This document shows positions 24,906 through 37,512 of a stretch of DNA of 64,000 nucleotides, piece after piece. Position 1 is the stretch's first letter; the number at the start of each line of letters is the position of its first letter. The notes under the pieces are model-generated. The model was not told the DNA's origin and did no database searches. It saw only the letters and a list, made by a program, of their open reading frames with translations. Origin of the DNA: Octopus sinensis. Lineage: Eukaryota. Made by a program: the position numbers and the translations under genes. Location of the stretch: NCBI RefSeq assembly GCF_006345805.1, contig NC_043008.1, positions 13,454,001 to 13,518,000 of the forward strand, written 5' to 3'.

Positions 24906-26329
24906 AAATGTGAAAGATCATCTCACAGGATTGTGACAGATCATCCCAAGGATTGTGAATAATGCTTGTACCAAATATATTACGTTCTCAAAATTCTACC
25001 TAATAGATAAATAACTAAGAAAAGAAGATTTTATCTGATAAAGATGTTTATTCTTATTTACATTAGGATAACTAGTTAATATATGTTACAAGTATTACGT
25101 AAACCGCAATAATATTTCTCACTATCGTTGTTGAATGAAAATGGTTATTACATATGGTTATTGAGTGTATACGAGTAATGAATTACTTAGAATGAACGAT
25201 AAGAAATCTTCTCACACACTAGAATCTCGACCAAATCTGATGAACAAAAATAACGTAAATCGATTGGTGTTTTCTGTAAGACTTCATCTGAAATGGATGA
25301 GCAGTGGCGTAAGTAAGTATATTCTGAAGGAAATTGGAAAAATCTAACCGAATTGATGTATTAAGAAAATACAATTTAGCTAAGACTTCCCCATCGAAAT
25401 CGATTGAAAATAATTAACTTTGTATAGACTTGTACGTAAACTAGATAAAGATATACAATGATGTTTAGTTAAGTGGGTAAATTAGAAGAACCGATAGAGA
25501 ATTATGCGACAGTTAAAAGCGTTTGTTTGATGAAGATTGATAAAGCTATGAATGAATAAAGTTGAGGAGTAAAGTAACTACGATGAATAATATCATAGAT
25601 TGTGAATCAGAGAGTATGATTTACGATATGTTTATCTACACAAAGAAAAGGTAACTTATAGGGATAGATCAGCTGTTTTATTTATTGATTTATTTTTTGT
25701 AACTTAAAAGAAGATACAGAACTAAGAAAATGCAACTATAACAATAATCATATAAAGAGGGTGAGAGCCAGAGAGATTTATAAGCCAGGATAGAGTATGT
25801 ACTGGCATATATCATAGTAAGAAAATAAATATATAGAAAATAAAAACCACTTTGCTAGATAAACAGTGTGATTCGAATAATATCATATTTTATCACAAAT
25901 CACATCTATCATTCGAAGAAATCTCATTCAGCAATTCCAGCATTTCATTTGTTGTTTGCCTTTGTGCTTTGCACCCATATTCCAATGTATATTTCTTAAG
26001 TTTTTTTTTCTTTTGATATACATACAAAATGTGGAGTTTACCTATTTCCTCATCAAGCAATAAATTCAATCCAGTACATACATATATGTATACATACATA
26101 CATGCATAAATGCACAGATACATATACACATTCATAGGTACATATATACATGCAGACATAAATTCATAAATGCAAACGCATATATATATATATATATTCA
26201 TTTATATATATATATATATATAATATATATATATATATAATATACGTATATATATATATATATATATATATATACTTATATACACACACATATATATACA
26301 CACACACATATATATATATATATACCTAT

Positions 26330-26390
<61 letters not shown>

Positions 26391-26963
26391 ATATATATAT
26401 AGTTATATGTATATATATATATATATGTGGGTGTGTATATAATCTTGTATTTATGCATGCATGTATACGTATGTGTGAGCGTGTGTGTCTGTATGTGTGA
26501 GTGTGAGAGAGATGTGAATATATAAAAAGGAAACGAAGATAACTAAGAGGAATCTGAATTTCTCCAAGCAAGATGACATAGCAATGCTATCTTCCATTTT
26601 TTTCTCCCGAAATATAACGTGAAAGGGAATTCTGAATGTCAGAGTTGAATTTATATTTATGTCTGTTTTCCCTGAAGATGCTGGACCCTTAAGAAGTGTA
26701 ACGTACTTCCATCTTGTATATATGAAAAAATATACGAATGTAAGCATGAATATGCGTGCCAGTACATAATTTTACCAAGAAAATAAGTGTTCATGTAGAT
26801 ATATAAAACGGCTTTATGCTAAGTTTAGAGTTCGGTAGAGTATGAGGTTGAAAAATGAAATATAGAAAGTGTTCATGAAGCATTCTTGCAGGAATATTAA
26901 CGCATATACACAGACGTTTCATAATTGAAACGCACTTTGAGGAAAAAGTTTTCAGTGAATAGC

Positions 26964-27260
26964 ATTGGACACTGTGTGAGACGACTGTTGTAATCGCTAG
27001 GCCTAACTCATCATAAAGTCAATACCACCATGACTGATATTCAAACTACAGTGGAGAAGGCTAGCCACTGGATGCGGTTAAAAAGAAACAATGAGCGATG
27101 GCTAGAAGGATATTGAGCTTAACTTCATAACCAGCTGATCTAGCAAGCGGGGCCTCATATCAGTGTGGGGGGCTGGTGCGCATTGATGCCGTCGAGAGGT
27201 AGACCCCGAAACGGCGCGCATTCTCTCCTGATGACCCCATACACTTGCTGGCTTCCGGTA
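26964..27260 (+). mobile_element. 3' end of a HERO-like (restriction-like endonuclease) non-LTR retrotransposon
   Basis: 26964-27116 translates IGHCVRRLL*SLGLTHHKVNTTMTDIQTTVEKASHWMRLKRNNERWLEGY*, resembling the terminal EKASxWxWLKR motif of HERO ORFs; a GC-rich 3' UTR follows. Confidence 0.65.
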
Positions 27261-27354
27261 TACGGAGCTTTTGACTGGTAGCATTTGCATGTGCAAGTTG
27301 TTTGCAAGACATCATACAACACTCGTCCTCGTTATATTTTGTTTTTTTTATTCC

Positions 27355-27646
27355 TTCTCGAGCCATGCCTGGCTCATAAGGGCCGGTTTCCCGGTTTCTT
27401 GGCGTATAGGTACCCCACCTAGACGGGACGCCGGTCCCTCGCAGATGAGCTGCAAGATGCAGGAGGAAAGAGTAAGAGAAAGTTGTGGCGAAACAGTCAG
27501 CAGACGTTCACCATTACCTTCTGGCTGACCCGCGTGGAGCTTAGGTAATTCGCTCATAAACACACGCATCGTCCGGTCTGGGATTCGAACCCGCGATCTC
27601 TCGACCGCGAGTCCACTGCTCTAACCACTACGCCATGTGCCTCCAC
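27355..27646 (-). mobile_element. SINE family C
   Basis: Reverse complement GTGGAGGCACATGGCGTAGTGGTTAGAGCAGTGGACTCGCGGTCGAGAGATCGCGGGTTCGAATCCC: tRNA-like head with A and B boxes. Confidence 0.9.
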
Positions 27647-27914
27647 CCTCGTTATATTGATTTTATATTGTTTACGTATACAATGACGAAGTTGGTAAAA
27701 ATATGTAAATGCATTAAAAAACGTTAATTAAACAAGTCGTTATTTAAACATCTTAGAATCCTTATAGAGGTATGTATATATATCGTTGATGTCAAACGAA
27801 TTAGTATTGACTTAAATCATGGACTTAAATACTATAATGGCATTTTCTGTTTATAGTTCGTTTCATGCATGTATTCATTCAAACTTTTCTGATGTTTGTT
27901 ATTCATACTATTAT

Positions 27915-28133
27915 TCTTTTTTACTCTACTACTTGTTTCAGTCATTTGACCGCGGCCATGCTGGAGCACCGCATTTAGTAGCAGAAATCAACACCGGCTC
28001 TTATTCTTTGTAAGCCTACTTATTCTATCGATCTTTTTTGCCGAACCGCAAAGTTACGGGGACGTAAACACACCAGCATCGGTTGTCAAGCGAAGTTTGG
28101 GGACAAACACAGACACACAAATATATACACACA

Positions 28134-28164
<31 letters not shown>

Positions 28165-28574
28165 GGCGCAGGAGTGGCTGTGTGGTAAGTAGCTTGCTAA
28201 CCAACCACATGGTTCCGGGTTCAGTCCCACTGCGTGGCATCTTGGGCAAGTGTCTTCTGCTATAGCCCCGAGCCGACCAATGCCATGTGAGTGGATTTGG
28301 TAGACGGAAACTGAAAGAAGCCTGTCGTATATATGTATATATATATATATGTGTGTGTTTGTGTGTCTGTGTTTGTCCCCCTAGCATCGCTTGACAACCG
28401 ATGCTGGTGTGTTTACGTCCCCGTCACTTAGCGGTTCGGCAAAAAGAGACCGATAGAATAAGTACTGGGCTTACAAAGAATAAGTCCCGGGGTTGAGTTG
28501 CTCGATTAAAGGCGGTGCTCCAGCATGGCCGCAGTCAAATGACTGAAACAAGTAAAAGAGAAAGAGAAAAGAGA

Positions 28575-28610
<36 letters not shown>

Positions 28611-28828
28611 ATATATATTTATATATTTATATATATTATATATATATATATATACATATATATACGAGGGGCTTCTTTCAGTTTCCGTCTACCAAATCCA
28701 CTCAGAAGGCTTTGCTCGGCTCGAGGCTATAGTAGAAGACACTTGCCCAAGGTGCCACGCAGTGGAACTGAACCCAGAACCATATGGTTGGTAATCAAGC
28801 TACTAACCACAGAGACAATCTTGCGCCT
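27915..28828 (-). mobile_element. SINE family A (minus), split by a nested insertion
   Basis: Tail at 27915-28120 and head at 28664-28828, both on the minus strand. Confidence 0.8.
28165..28575 (+). mobile_element. Full-length SINE family A (plus), nested
   Basis: Head GGCGCAGGAGTGGCTGTGTGGTAAG, B box GGTTCAGTCC, central (TA)(TG) tract, tail ending GACTGAAACAAGTAAAAGAG. Confidence 0.92.
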
Positions 28829-29470
28829 GTATTCATGTATATTTATTACTTGTACCTTTTTCCTTGAGGCCTTTATAAGAATAATCCAAATTAGCACGTA
28901 CATATAATTAAAATAATTTCGGTAGTTAGTACATATTAATATACACCATATACATATACATGCACGCATATAACTTAAGCAAGTGCCGAGGTCCATGAAG
29001 GGATCGAGGCCACATATATGACGTAAATAACGTCATGGTGTAGAGTAATGCTTTTCAAAAAGTAAAACTCAAATACGTAGAATCATACATTATTTCTACG
29101 TATTTCCCATTTCTGCTCAATGGGAAATCGCATGCTCTCGAAAAGTATCATTTCATTGGTGACTAAGAATATGCATCTATTATTGTTACACAACATTCAG
29201 ACATCTGGATAATTTTTTTTCTGCTGATCAGTAGATTACGTATGACTATAATTTCAGAAAACAACAGAAAAATTGTAATTTGTTGAGCCATAGATTTCTA
29301 TCTAAAAATTTTGCAATACAGAAATAGATAACAAAATAGGTGATGGACAAAAAAAAAGCATAATTTAAAACAATCACTGCACACTTTACAATTCTTAACA
29401 ACAAATAAGGAATTGGCGAATTAATAATTCAGTATATGCTTCAGTATATAATTAATAATTCAGTATATGC

Positions 29471-29885
29471 TTCTTTATTACCCATAAGGGGCTAAACATA
29501 GAGGCGATAAACAGGGACAGACAAACGGATCAAGTCAATTATATTGATCCGAGTGCGTAACTGGTTCTTAATTTATCGACCCCGAAAGGATGAAAGGCAA
29601 AGTCAACCTCGGCGGAATTTGAACTCAGAACGTAGCGACGGGTGAAAAACCTATTTCTTTACTACCCACAAGGGGCTAAACACAGAGAGGATAAACAGGG
29701 ACAGACAAACGGATTAAGTCAATTATATTGACCCCAGTGCGTAACTGGTACTTAATTTATCGACCCCGAAAGAATGAAAGGCAAAGTCGACCTCGGCGGA
29801 ATTTGAACTCAGAACGTAGCAAAGGGCGAAATACCGTGAAGCACTTCGCCCGGCGTGCTAACGTCTCTGCCAGCTCGCCGCCTTA
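29471..29885 (-). mobile_element. SINE family B, head plus tandem second body
   Basis: Two consecutive ~185-bp bodies and a single head at the right end. Confidence 0.9.
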
Positions 29886-30879
29886 AAGTAATAAGAATTC
29901 AGTATAATCTACATTTGGAGTATAACTTTAATGTTGTGGAAATTTGGGGCTGTGAATATTGCGGCATGCGTTAATGCTCGAAACTGCTTCAGTGCCAAGT
30001 CCGCCATGTTGGCTTCATGTAACCAGGAAAACCAAGAATAATTAGAAAATTATGACTTGAAAAATGTTAATGGATCGATAAATATAGGTTAAGTACGATA
30101 TAAATACAGTGTGGCTGTGATTGGCCTATCAAAAATTTGTAACGAATGCGTAGATGATAAAATATGAACAAAATCTTATAACATTCAACTGCATAAAATC
30201 AGTTAATATGCGTAAACTACAGAATAATTCAGATTTTCTTTTCTAAACTTTATGTCACAAAATTTTATAGTGAGGGAAAAACATGTGCGCTTTAAATAAA
30301 TTTACACATTAAGAAACCAATGGCTGCAAACATACAAATACATTTTGCGTTATGCTGGTTATTGTTATTACTCAATGCAATTTTGTTCACAATTAATTAG
30401 GTAATTAAACTGCAATGTGAACAACTACTGGAACAATAACAAATGCGATAATCACGGTATTTTATATAGTATGAGAAAGAATGCAAGGAGATTATACGTG
30501 CACATCAACTTACAGGGAAACATTCCTGTCTGTGCAATTCTTGCAGAAGCTGGAAATTAAATAACATGTATTGAATATTTATTGAAATTATTAACGGCGT
30601 TACTGAAATGCATCCATTGGTACTGTTTTATAAAATATAGAATATGCCTATATAATGTAACATATGTTAACACAAAATGCATAATGGTCATTCATGCGTC
30701 TCTTTACGTTCTGATATTAAATGCTATTGAGGTATACTTCGCTTTTCATTAGTTTTGGGTCAGGTAATATTTCAGATTGTTAACGCAGAAATGTTCGATA
30801 TTATCTTCTGTGCATATGCATGTATACACATACTGACAGGCAGACAGACACACGCACTCACTTACACATACATGCAGGC

Positions 30880-30895
30880 ACACGCAAATATACAC

Positions 30896-30928
<33 letters not shown>

Positions 30929-31098
30929 ATATATATACATACATATATATATACATATATATACATACATATATATACATATATATACATATATATATAC
31001 ATACATATATATACATATATATACATATATATACATACATATATATACATATTTATACATATATACATATATATATATATATACATACATATATATAT
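30880..31098. repeat. (TA)n/(TACA)n microsatellite
   Basis: Directly visible. Confidence 0.95.
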
Positions 31099-32323
31099 AG
31101 GGATATCCCCTAAATAATTGCATGAAGTCGGAGAGAGACGAGATAAACTATCTGCATCAACTTGCTATAAAAGCTGGTCATAATTTTACCTTGGCCTTAT
31201 TCTTAGTGCAATTTTTAAAGAGTGCAGTTCCGTTTTAACAGTTATTTTTTTAAAGTTATAGTGAAAGTGAGAAAGGGGCATATTCGGCATATTTTGCTTT
31301 ACGAATTCAATAAAGGCAACTACGCAGGAATATTAATGCAGTATATGAGGATCCGTCATTAAACGTAAGCCAAGGATAACGGTCGTTCCAGAAATTCCGT
31401 GCCGGAAAGTACAGCCTAGAAGAGGAGCCTCGTCCTGGAAGATCTGTAGAGCTCGAAGAGGATGTCCTGCAAACCCTGGTGGAATAAAGCCCCATCCTAA
31501 CTGTTGAGGAACTAGTAGAGAAGTTTAATTCGGTCATTCAACCATTTGTCGTCACCTGCGGGCTACAGGAAAAGTCATCAGATTGTGTCAATGGATTCCT
31601 CACAAACATTTCAAGACACATATCGCGCAGAAAGTGACTGTGTGCCCTTCTCTGCTGCCACCTCACACGAATGAACTTTTTTTTTAACCAAATAGTGACT
31701 GGTGACGTGAAATGGCTTCTCTATAAAAAATGTCAAGCGCCGAAGACAGTGGTTAGGGAAAGGAGAAACAACGGCACCCCAGCTTTTCACCCACGTAAGA
31801 TGTTGTTATTTCTTTGGTAGGATACGCAATATTTCGTCCACTTTGAACTTTTAAACCCAAACCGAAAGATAACAAAGGATATCGACTACATGCAGCCTGA
31901 ACGGCTCAAGTCACTACTAGAAGGAAAATTACCCTCTTTGGTTTCAAGACGAAAGATGTTCTTCCATCAGCATAACGCTCGGTCACATACAGCGTGGATA
32001 ACATTCCTAAGACTGGAGTAGGTTTAATGGGAAACGTTTCCACATCCAGCATATTAGTCGGATATTGCTCCATCTGGTTATCATTTATTCCGCTGTCTTC
32101 AAAATCATTTGGACGGCAAAAATATGAATTTTGAAGACGAGGTCAGAGCAGTACTGGAGCAGTATTTTTGACCACGGACAAATGCAAATCTACCAGATAG
32201 GTGGAAGAGAATTGTAGAAAATGAAAGACAGTAAATTTTAGATTAAAAAAAAATTTGTTTGTCATAATTCTGAAAAAAACAGACAGAAGTTTTAAAAAAC
32301 CGCATTTATGGGATGGCACAATA
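31098..32323 (+). mobile_element. Mariner (Tc1/mariner) DNA transposon, near full length, decayed
   Basis: ~1.2 kb; imperfect TIRs (GGGATATCCCCTAAATAATTGC / CGCATTTATGGGATGGCAC) in TA context; encloses a transposase pseudogene. Confidence 0.85.
31261..32246 (+). pseudogene. Mariner transposase pseudogene
   Basis: Recognisable motifs HIRHILLYEFNKG, WIPH (31592; WVPHEL), IVTGDVKW (31692), FHQHNARSH (31962), HPAY*SDIAPSGYHLF (32043; YSPDLAP); multiple stops and frameshifts. Confidence 0.9.
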
Positions 32324-32400
32324 TATATATAATATATATATATATATTATTGGTGAATTGAAGAAATGGAGCTGAACGCAGATTGAACAGAAATCGTTTT

Positions 32401-32493
32401 ATTTCATTCTACACGTGTTTCGAAAGGCACAAATTACCAAAGTCCGATTGAATAATGGGACCATATTGTGTCTTTCTCTTCAGGAAGAAAAAT
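32401..32493 (-). ncRNA. Type I hammerhead ribozyme motif, unit 1, minus strand
   Basis: CUGAAGA = complement of 32483-32477; GAAA = 32421-32418; ACACGUGU palindrome; GUA triplet, predicted cut between 32410 and 32409. Confidence 0.75.
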
Positions 32494-32561
32494 GGAAATC
32501 CGTTGGAAAAACAAGTTTTTGCTCCGCCTCTGTTCTGTTTTTGTTTTTCCAACGGATTTCC

Positions 32562-32654
32562 TTTTTTCTTCCTGAAGAGAAAGACACAATATGGTCCCAT
32601 TATTCAATCGGATTTTGGTAATTTGTGCCTTTCGAAACACGTGTAGAATGAAAT
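32562..32654 (+). ncRNA. Type I hammerhead ribozyme motif, unit 1, plus strand
   Basis: CUGAAGA 32572-32578; stem II GAAAGACACAA/UUGUGCCUUUC (10 of 11 paired); GAAA 32634-32637; C-ACGU-GUA; stem I UUUCUUC/GAAUGAAA; predicted cut after 32645. Confidence 0.78.
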
Positions 32655-32940
32655 AAAACGATTTCTGTTCAATCTGCGTTCAGCTCCATTTCTTCAATTC
32701 ACCAATAATGTTTTAATTTCAATTATCCGCACCAACGCACGGTTGCAACGCCAGATGGTTGTACCTCCAACCGTGCTGTTTACTGCTGTGATTTTTGCTA
32801 CTAAGGTATCGGTTAAACTTTTGATTAATCTACTACAAGATTATTCATCTTTCTATTTCACATAATATAATATATATATATATATATTATTGGTGAATTG
32901 AAGAAATGGAGCTGAACGCAGATTGAACAGAAATCGTTTT

Positions 32941-33032
32941 ATTTCATTCTACACGTGTTTCGAAGGCACAAATTACCAAAGTCCGATTGAATAATGGGAC
33001 CATATTGTGTCTTTCTCTTCAGGAAGAAAAAT
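32941..33032 (-). ncRNA. Type I hammerhead ribozyme motif, unit 2, minus strand
   Basis: Same as unit 1 except a 1-nt deletion in the 3' strand of stem II; predicted cut between 32950 and 32949. Confidence 0.68.
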
Positions 33033-33100
33033 GGAAATCCGTTGGAAAAACAAGTTTTTGCTCCGCCTCTGTTCTGTTTTTGTTTTTCCAACGGATTTCC

Positions 33101-33193
33101 TTTTTTCTTCCTGAAGAGAAAGACACAATATGGTCCCATTATTCAATCGGATTTTGGTAATTTGTGCCTTTCGAAACACGTGTAGAATGAAAT
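33101..33193 (+). ncRNA. Type I hammerhead ribozyme motif, unit 2, plus strand
   Basis: CUGAAGA 33111-33117, GAAA 33173-33176, GUA with predicted cut after 33184. Confidence 0.78.
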
Positions 33194-33867
33194 AAAACGA
33201 TTTCTGTTCAATCTGCGTTCAGCTCCATTTCTTCAATTCACCAATAATGTTTTAATTTCAATTATCCGCACCAACGCACGGTTGCAACGCCAGATGGTTG
33301 TACCTCCAACCGTGCTGTTTACTGCTGTGATTTTTGCTACTAAGGTATCGGTTAAACTTTTGATTAATCTACTACAAGATTATTCATCTTTCTATTTCAC
33401 ATAATATAATATATATATATATATATATATTTGATCGTGGCTAAGTTGAAGTGCATGAAGAATGCTTTCTTGACGGGTTCTAAATAAGATTGGAACGTAT
33501 CCGCTATTGTCATCTCTTGGATTCTGAATTGCGGCTACACCTTTATAGATGTCATATACCCACATCCCTTTTTGATTAATTTTTGCAACATTGTATTTGA
33601 AGATTTGAAAGTAGATTCTTTATATTTTCATAAATTTTATACACCAGAAGGTTGTAAATTCATATTACAAGAATATTCACAGTTATATTCCACTTGAACA
33701 AAACCCACATAACATCTGCTGCTATGACAATTGAATAATGGATATTAGTAAACTTGTTATGTAATGCTTACGTATTAAACGACTGTTTCTGCTAAAAGTT
33801 CCTTTATTTCCTTTTTTTCACCTAACGACTATATACACAGAAAAACATTCACGTGTATATATATATA

Positions 33868-33958
33868 GGGAAAGATTACGAAAAAAACAACAAAAGACGA
33901 AGACAGATGGTGTACAAAACAAACAGAGGTATTGGTATAACGCTCAGGAATAGAAATA
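33868..33958 (-). mobile_element. Fragment of the 3740-4045 pseudo-LTR-like family
   Basis: Reverse complement TTCCTGAGCGTTATACCAATACCTCTGTTTGTTTTGTACACCATCTGTCTTCGTCTTTTG matches ~3955-4020. Confidence 0.7.
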
Positions 33959-34039
33959 TATATATATACTATATATATATATATATAATATATATTATAT
34001 ATATATATATATATATGTATGTATACATACATATATATA

Positions 34040-34079
<40 letters not shown>

Positions 34080-34934
34080 TAATATAATATATATAGATAT
34101 ATAATATGTATATGTAAAATATATATATATATATACATATATATTACACACATAAATTCCTCATTCATCATTTCGAATTTTCCACTTTTCTTTTTCTCTT
34201 GTTTTTTGCATGTATACGTATATATATATTTTGTATTCGATGTACTTAATATATTTTATATATTTTAAATGTCTAACTTGCTTATCCTCATATTTCGTTT
34301 TTGAATTTGGTTTGCAAAATTCTTTATGTGAGTTCGTGTGTTGAAGCATATTCCGTTTTAGTCTGGGGAGAGTAATTTTCTCTTTGTGCCGTATAATGTA
34401 ACACATTCACCGGTAAAATTCCCACTAAAATTTTCGTTGCGTCTAGCAAACTTTTCAATAGTCTTGAACTTGTCCGTTATTTACACTGCAATATCTTTTG
34501 TTTGTTTGTGCTCATATGTGTGGGCCAGTGTTGTGTGTGTGTGTATGCACCTATGCATGCATCCATGTATGTATGTATACATGCATGTACCTATATGTAT
34601 ATATATGTTTGCGCATATGTATATATGTATATATGTGTGTGCATCTGTATATTCATGCATATTCATGTGCCTGCGTGTGCGTGTTTGTGTATTTTTTATG
34701 TATGTGTGTGTGTGGATATATATTTTAGGGTTAGGTTTAGTTAGAGTTAGGGTTAGGGGTAGGATAAGGGTATCTTTTTCTCAATAAAGCCAAGAAAAAA
34801 TGATGTTTTACAAACACATTCTACTAGCATACGTAGTTTAAAAGTGTTTAGTTAACTAGAAATTGTGTTGACATATGCCGTTCACAAGGAAAATATCCGG
34901 TTCGGGTTAGTTACCTAACCTACCGGTTGATTTC

Positions 34935-35345
34935 CTTTTGGTAATCTTTTCTGTTCTTCTATGCTCAGACCGACCGTGTCAGGACGGCTCCTTGTATTCT
35001 CATCTTTTTTACTACTTCTGTCCATCTTTTTCCAAATACTCTTTGCAGCAGGCCCCTCCTCTCCAGACGGATCTTGCTGGAAAGATGGGCGCCGAAGTAA
35101 TCCTCCAGCCCAAGTTCGGAGATGAATTGGCCTGTCGCAATCCATTTCACTCGCGTCTTCCATACCATGTCTTTCAATGTTGTTATTACGCAGAGAAATA
35201 CGGCCTTCCGTTCTTTGGAGAAAGAGGAAGGTGGTACAATCTTTATCATGGACTCAGTCGAGAGCCGTACTGCTTCTGCATCCGACATCAGCTGTTTGGC
35301 ATTAGTCATCAACTCATGAATTTCTCACAGTGTACGAAGGCGAGC
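34935..35345 (-). mobile_element. C-terminal ORF2 fragment of a Tx1/L1-like LINE
   Basis: ORF 34965..35312 (-): RLSTESMIKIVPP...KAVFLCVI...VWKTRVK...KIRLERRGL...FGKRW resembles the post-zinc-knuckle terminus of Tx1-clade ORF2 (recognition from memory). Confidence 0.55.
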
Positions 35346-35384
35346 GTAACCGTTTCACTGGCACGCCCGCATCTCGGCCACGTG

Positions 35385-35500
35385 GGGGAGGTGTCATTAG
35401 TTATCGACTCCGGAAGGATCAAAGGCTAAGTCGATCTCGGTGGAGTGTGAACTCAGAACATAGCGACGGGAAAATACCGCTAAGTATTTCACCCAGTGTG

Positions 35501-35506
<6 letters not shown>
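35385..35506 (-). mobile_element. SINE family B fragment
   Basis: TTATCGAC.CCGGAAGGAT.AAAGGC.AAGTCGA...GAACTCAGAAC core. Confidence 0.8.
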
Positions 35507-35597
<91 letters not shown>

Positions 35598-35598
35598 T

Positions 35599-35690
<92 letters not shown>

Positions 35691-35700
35691 ACATATATAT
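35505..35700. repeat. (TA)n microsatellite
   Basis: Directly visible. Confidence 0.97.
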
Positions 35701-36811
35701 TATAATATAATGTAATAATATACGCATGTATGTAGATTGTATATGTAAGGTAGTGTGTGCAGGGTTTGTTCTAATTTCTATACTCTTTCCATAGTTCTAT
35801 AAAAACTGAAAACCTCTCAAACAATTATATTAATGATCATGAAATCATGAAGAACTATATCGTCTGAACTTGCGTAACGTTGCGCCATATATTTCATATA
35901 AAATATTTCATCCCAAAGGTGACATTCATTATTTATATTAACTACTGAATCATTTATAATCTCCTCACGCTACGAATCATAATTGCAAAGAGCACAACAT
36001 TTATTTCTCATATTTATTATGTGTAAATAACTGTTACCGATAATCGTTTCACTCAAAAACCTATAACCAACCATATCGTTCCTAATTTGCAACTAAATTT
36101 CGATAGCATCGTGAGTTAATGTCAGTAATTTCTCTCCTGTGAAAGAGTTACTGAAACCACACCGGGCTTCATCATTCCTCCGCATATTATACAACAAATG
36201 ATATACACAAGTGAGAGATATATTAAGGCATTAATAATGTGTGTAACTTAATATCTTCGATTTCCCATTGAGCAAACCTCAACATAGAAACCATGTATGA
36301 TTCTACGTATTTGAGTTTTACTTTTTGAAAAGCATTACTCATACATATACTTTCTGCTAATATGTATATTAGTTTTCAGATGACATCAGTAATTGCATGA
36401 GTACATCTGTGTTTTCAGAGCGAATAAACATACTAGTTTCCTTGTAATTGACTGTGCTCTGAGAACCGCAAATACACGTACAAGTGCATATAAAAACAAG
36501 CGATACCAAAAATACTATTCTCAAACGAGAAAATATTGTTTGCATTAGTTTAATAATCTAAAGCAAATATGTAGCATGACCTTTGAAAAAGTGTAAACAG
36601 ACGGAGAAATCTATTTAAATTATAGGAATTTATAGTGACATCTGTTTTAAATAATATATTGTTCAATTTTGAATTTGGACCAATATTGCATATGTCTTAC
36701 ACAATACCTACCTTCATACACCCATACACAATTGTCAAAATGATTTCTCTCTCTCTGTGGAGTGCATATATGTGCATATGGTAGTGTGTATTTGAATATG
36801 TCTATGTATAC

Positions 36812-36814
<3 letters not shown>

Positions 36815-36901
<87 letters not shown>

Positions 36902-37044
36902 ATATGTATGTATGTATATATATGTATGTATGTATATATATGTATGTATGTATATATATATATGTATATATATATATGTATATTATATATATATATATGT
37001 ATGTGTATATATATATACATATATATATATGTATACATATATAC

Positions 37045-37097
<53 letters not shown>

Positions 37098-37103
37098 TAT
37101 ATG

Positions 37104-37135
<32 letters not shown>

Positions 37136-37140
37136 GTTAA
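36815..37140. repeat. (TA)n/(TATG)n microsatellite
   Basis: Directly visible. Confidence 0.97.
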
Positions 37141-37512
37141 CATACAGGTATATATGTGTGTGTAAACATCTCTTTTTCTCTCTATATATATGTATGCACA
37201 CATGTAAACGTACATATATGCATAGCTATATATCTTTATATGCGTGAGAGTGTGCTTGCTATAAATAGTGAAGCATATATGTTGTATTCAATTTTCTTAC
37301 TTATTTGATTTAAGGCATGAATTGAATTCTTATTAATCGTTCATCGAAAAACGATTTGTTGTATTATCTTTATTTTACTCACAATTTTGTTGTGTTATCA
37401 TTCATTGCTCGTTTTATTTGTAGACAGCGATATTTATTTATTTCAAACCTACACACTATGACGTAAAACCTCAGCGTTTCCACATTTTATTGGAATCTAC
37501 TGAGTTGAATTT

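Larger units (their letters stand above)
32346..33409. repeat. Tandem dimer (540-bp period); each unit has a 169-bp inverted repeat plus a ~160-bp unique tail
   Basis: Arms 32346-32514 / 32541-32709 (2 mismatches) and 32886-33053 / 33080-33248; the units differ by a single A deletion near 32963. Confidence 0.97.

Noticed and set aside
25270-25315. 28-nt exon candidate (TSSEMDEQW) before GTAAGT at ~25309
   Set aside because: Weak AAG acceptor and no supporting neighbouring exons; compatible with chance.
29222-29245. Second microexon candidate (TGCTGATCAG/TAGATTAC/GTATGA)
   Set aside because: It is 8 nt (or 5 nt), not frame-preserving, and has a weaker donor.
32409-33185. Six related 63-68-aa ORFs on both strands (MGPYCVF..., MFRKAQIT...)
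   Set aside because: They are a by-product of the duplicated palindrome; the RNA-structure explanation accounts for the sequence and no protein similarity is apparent.
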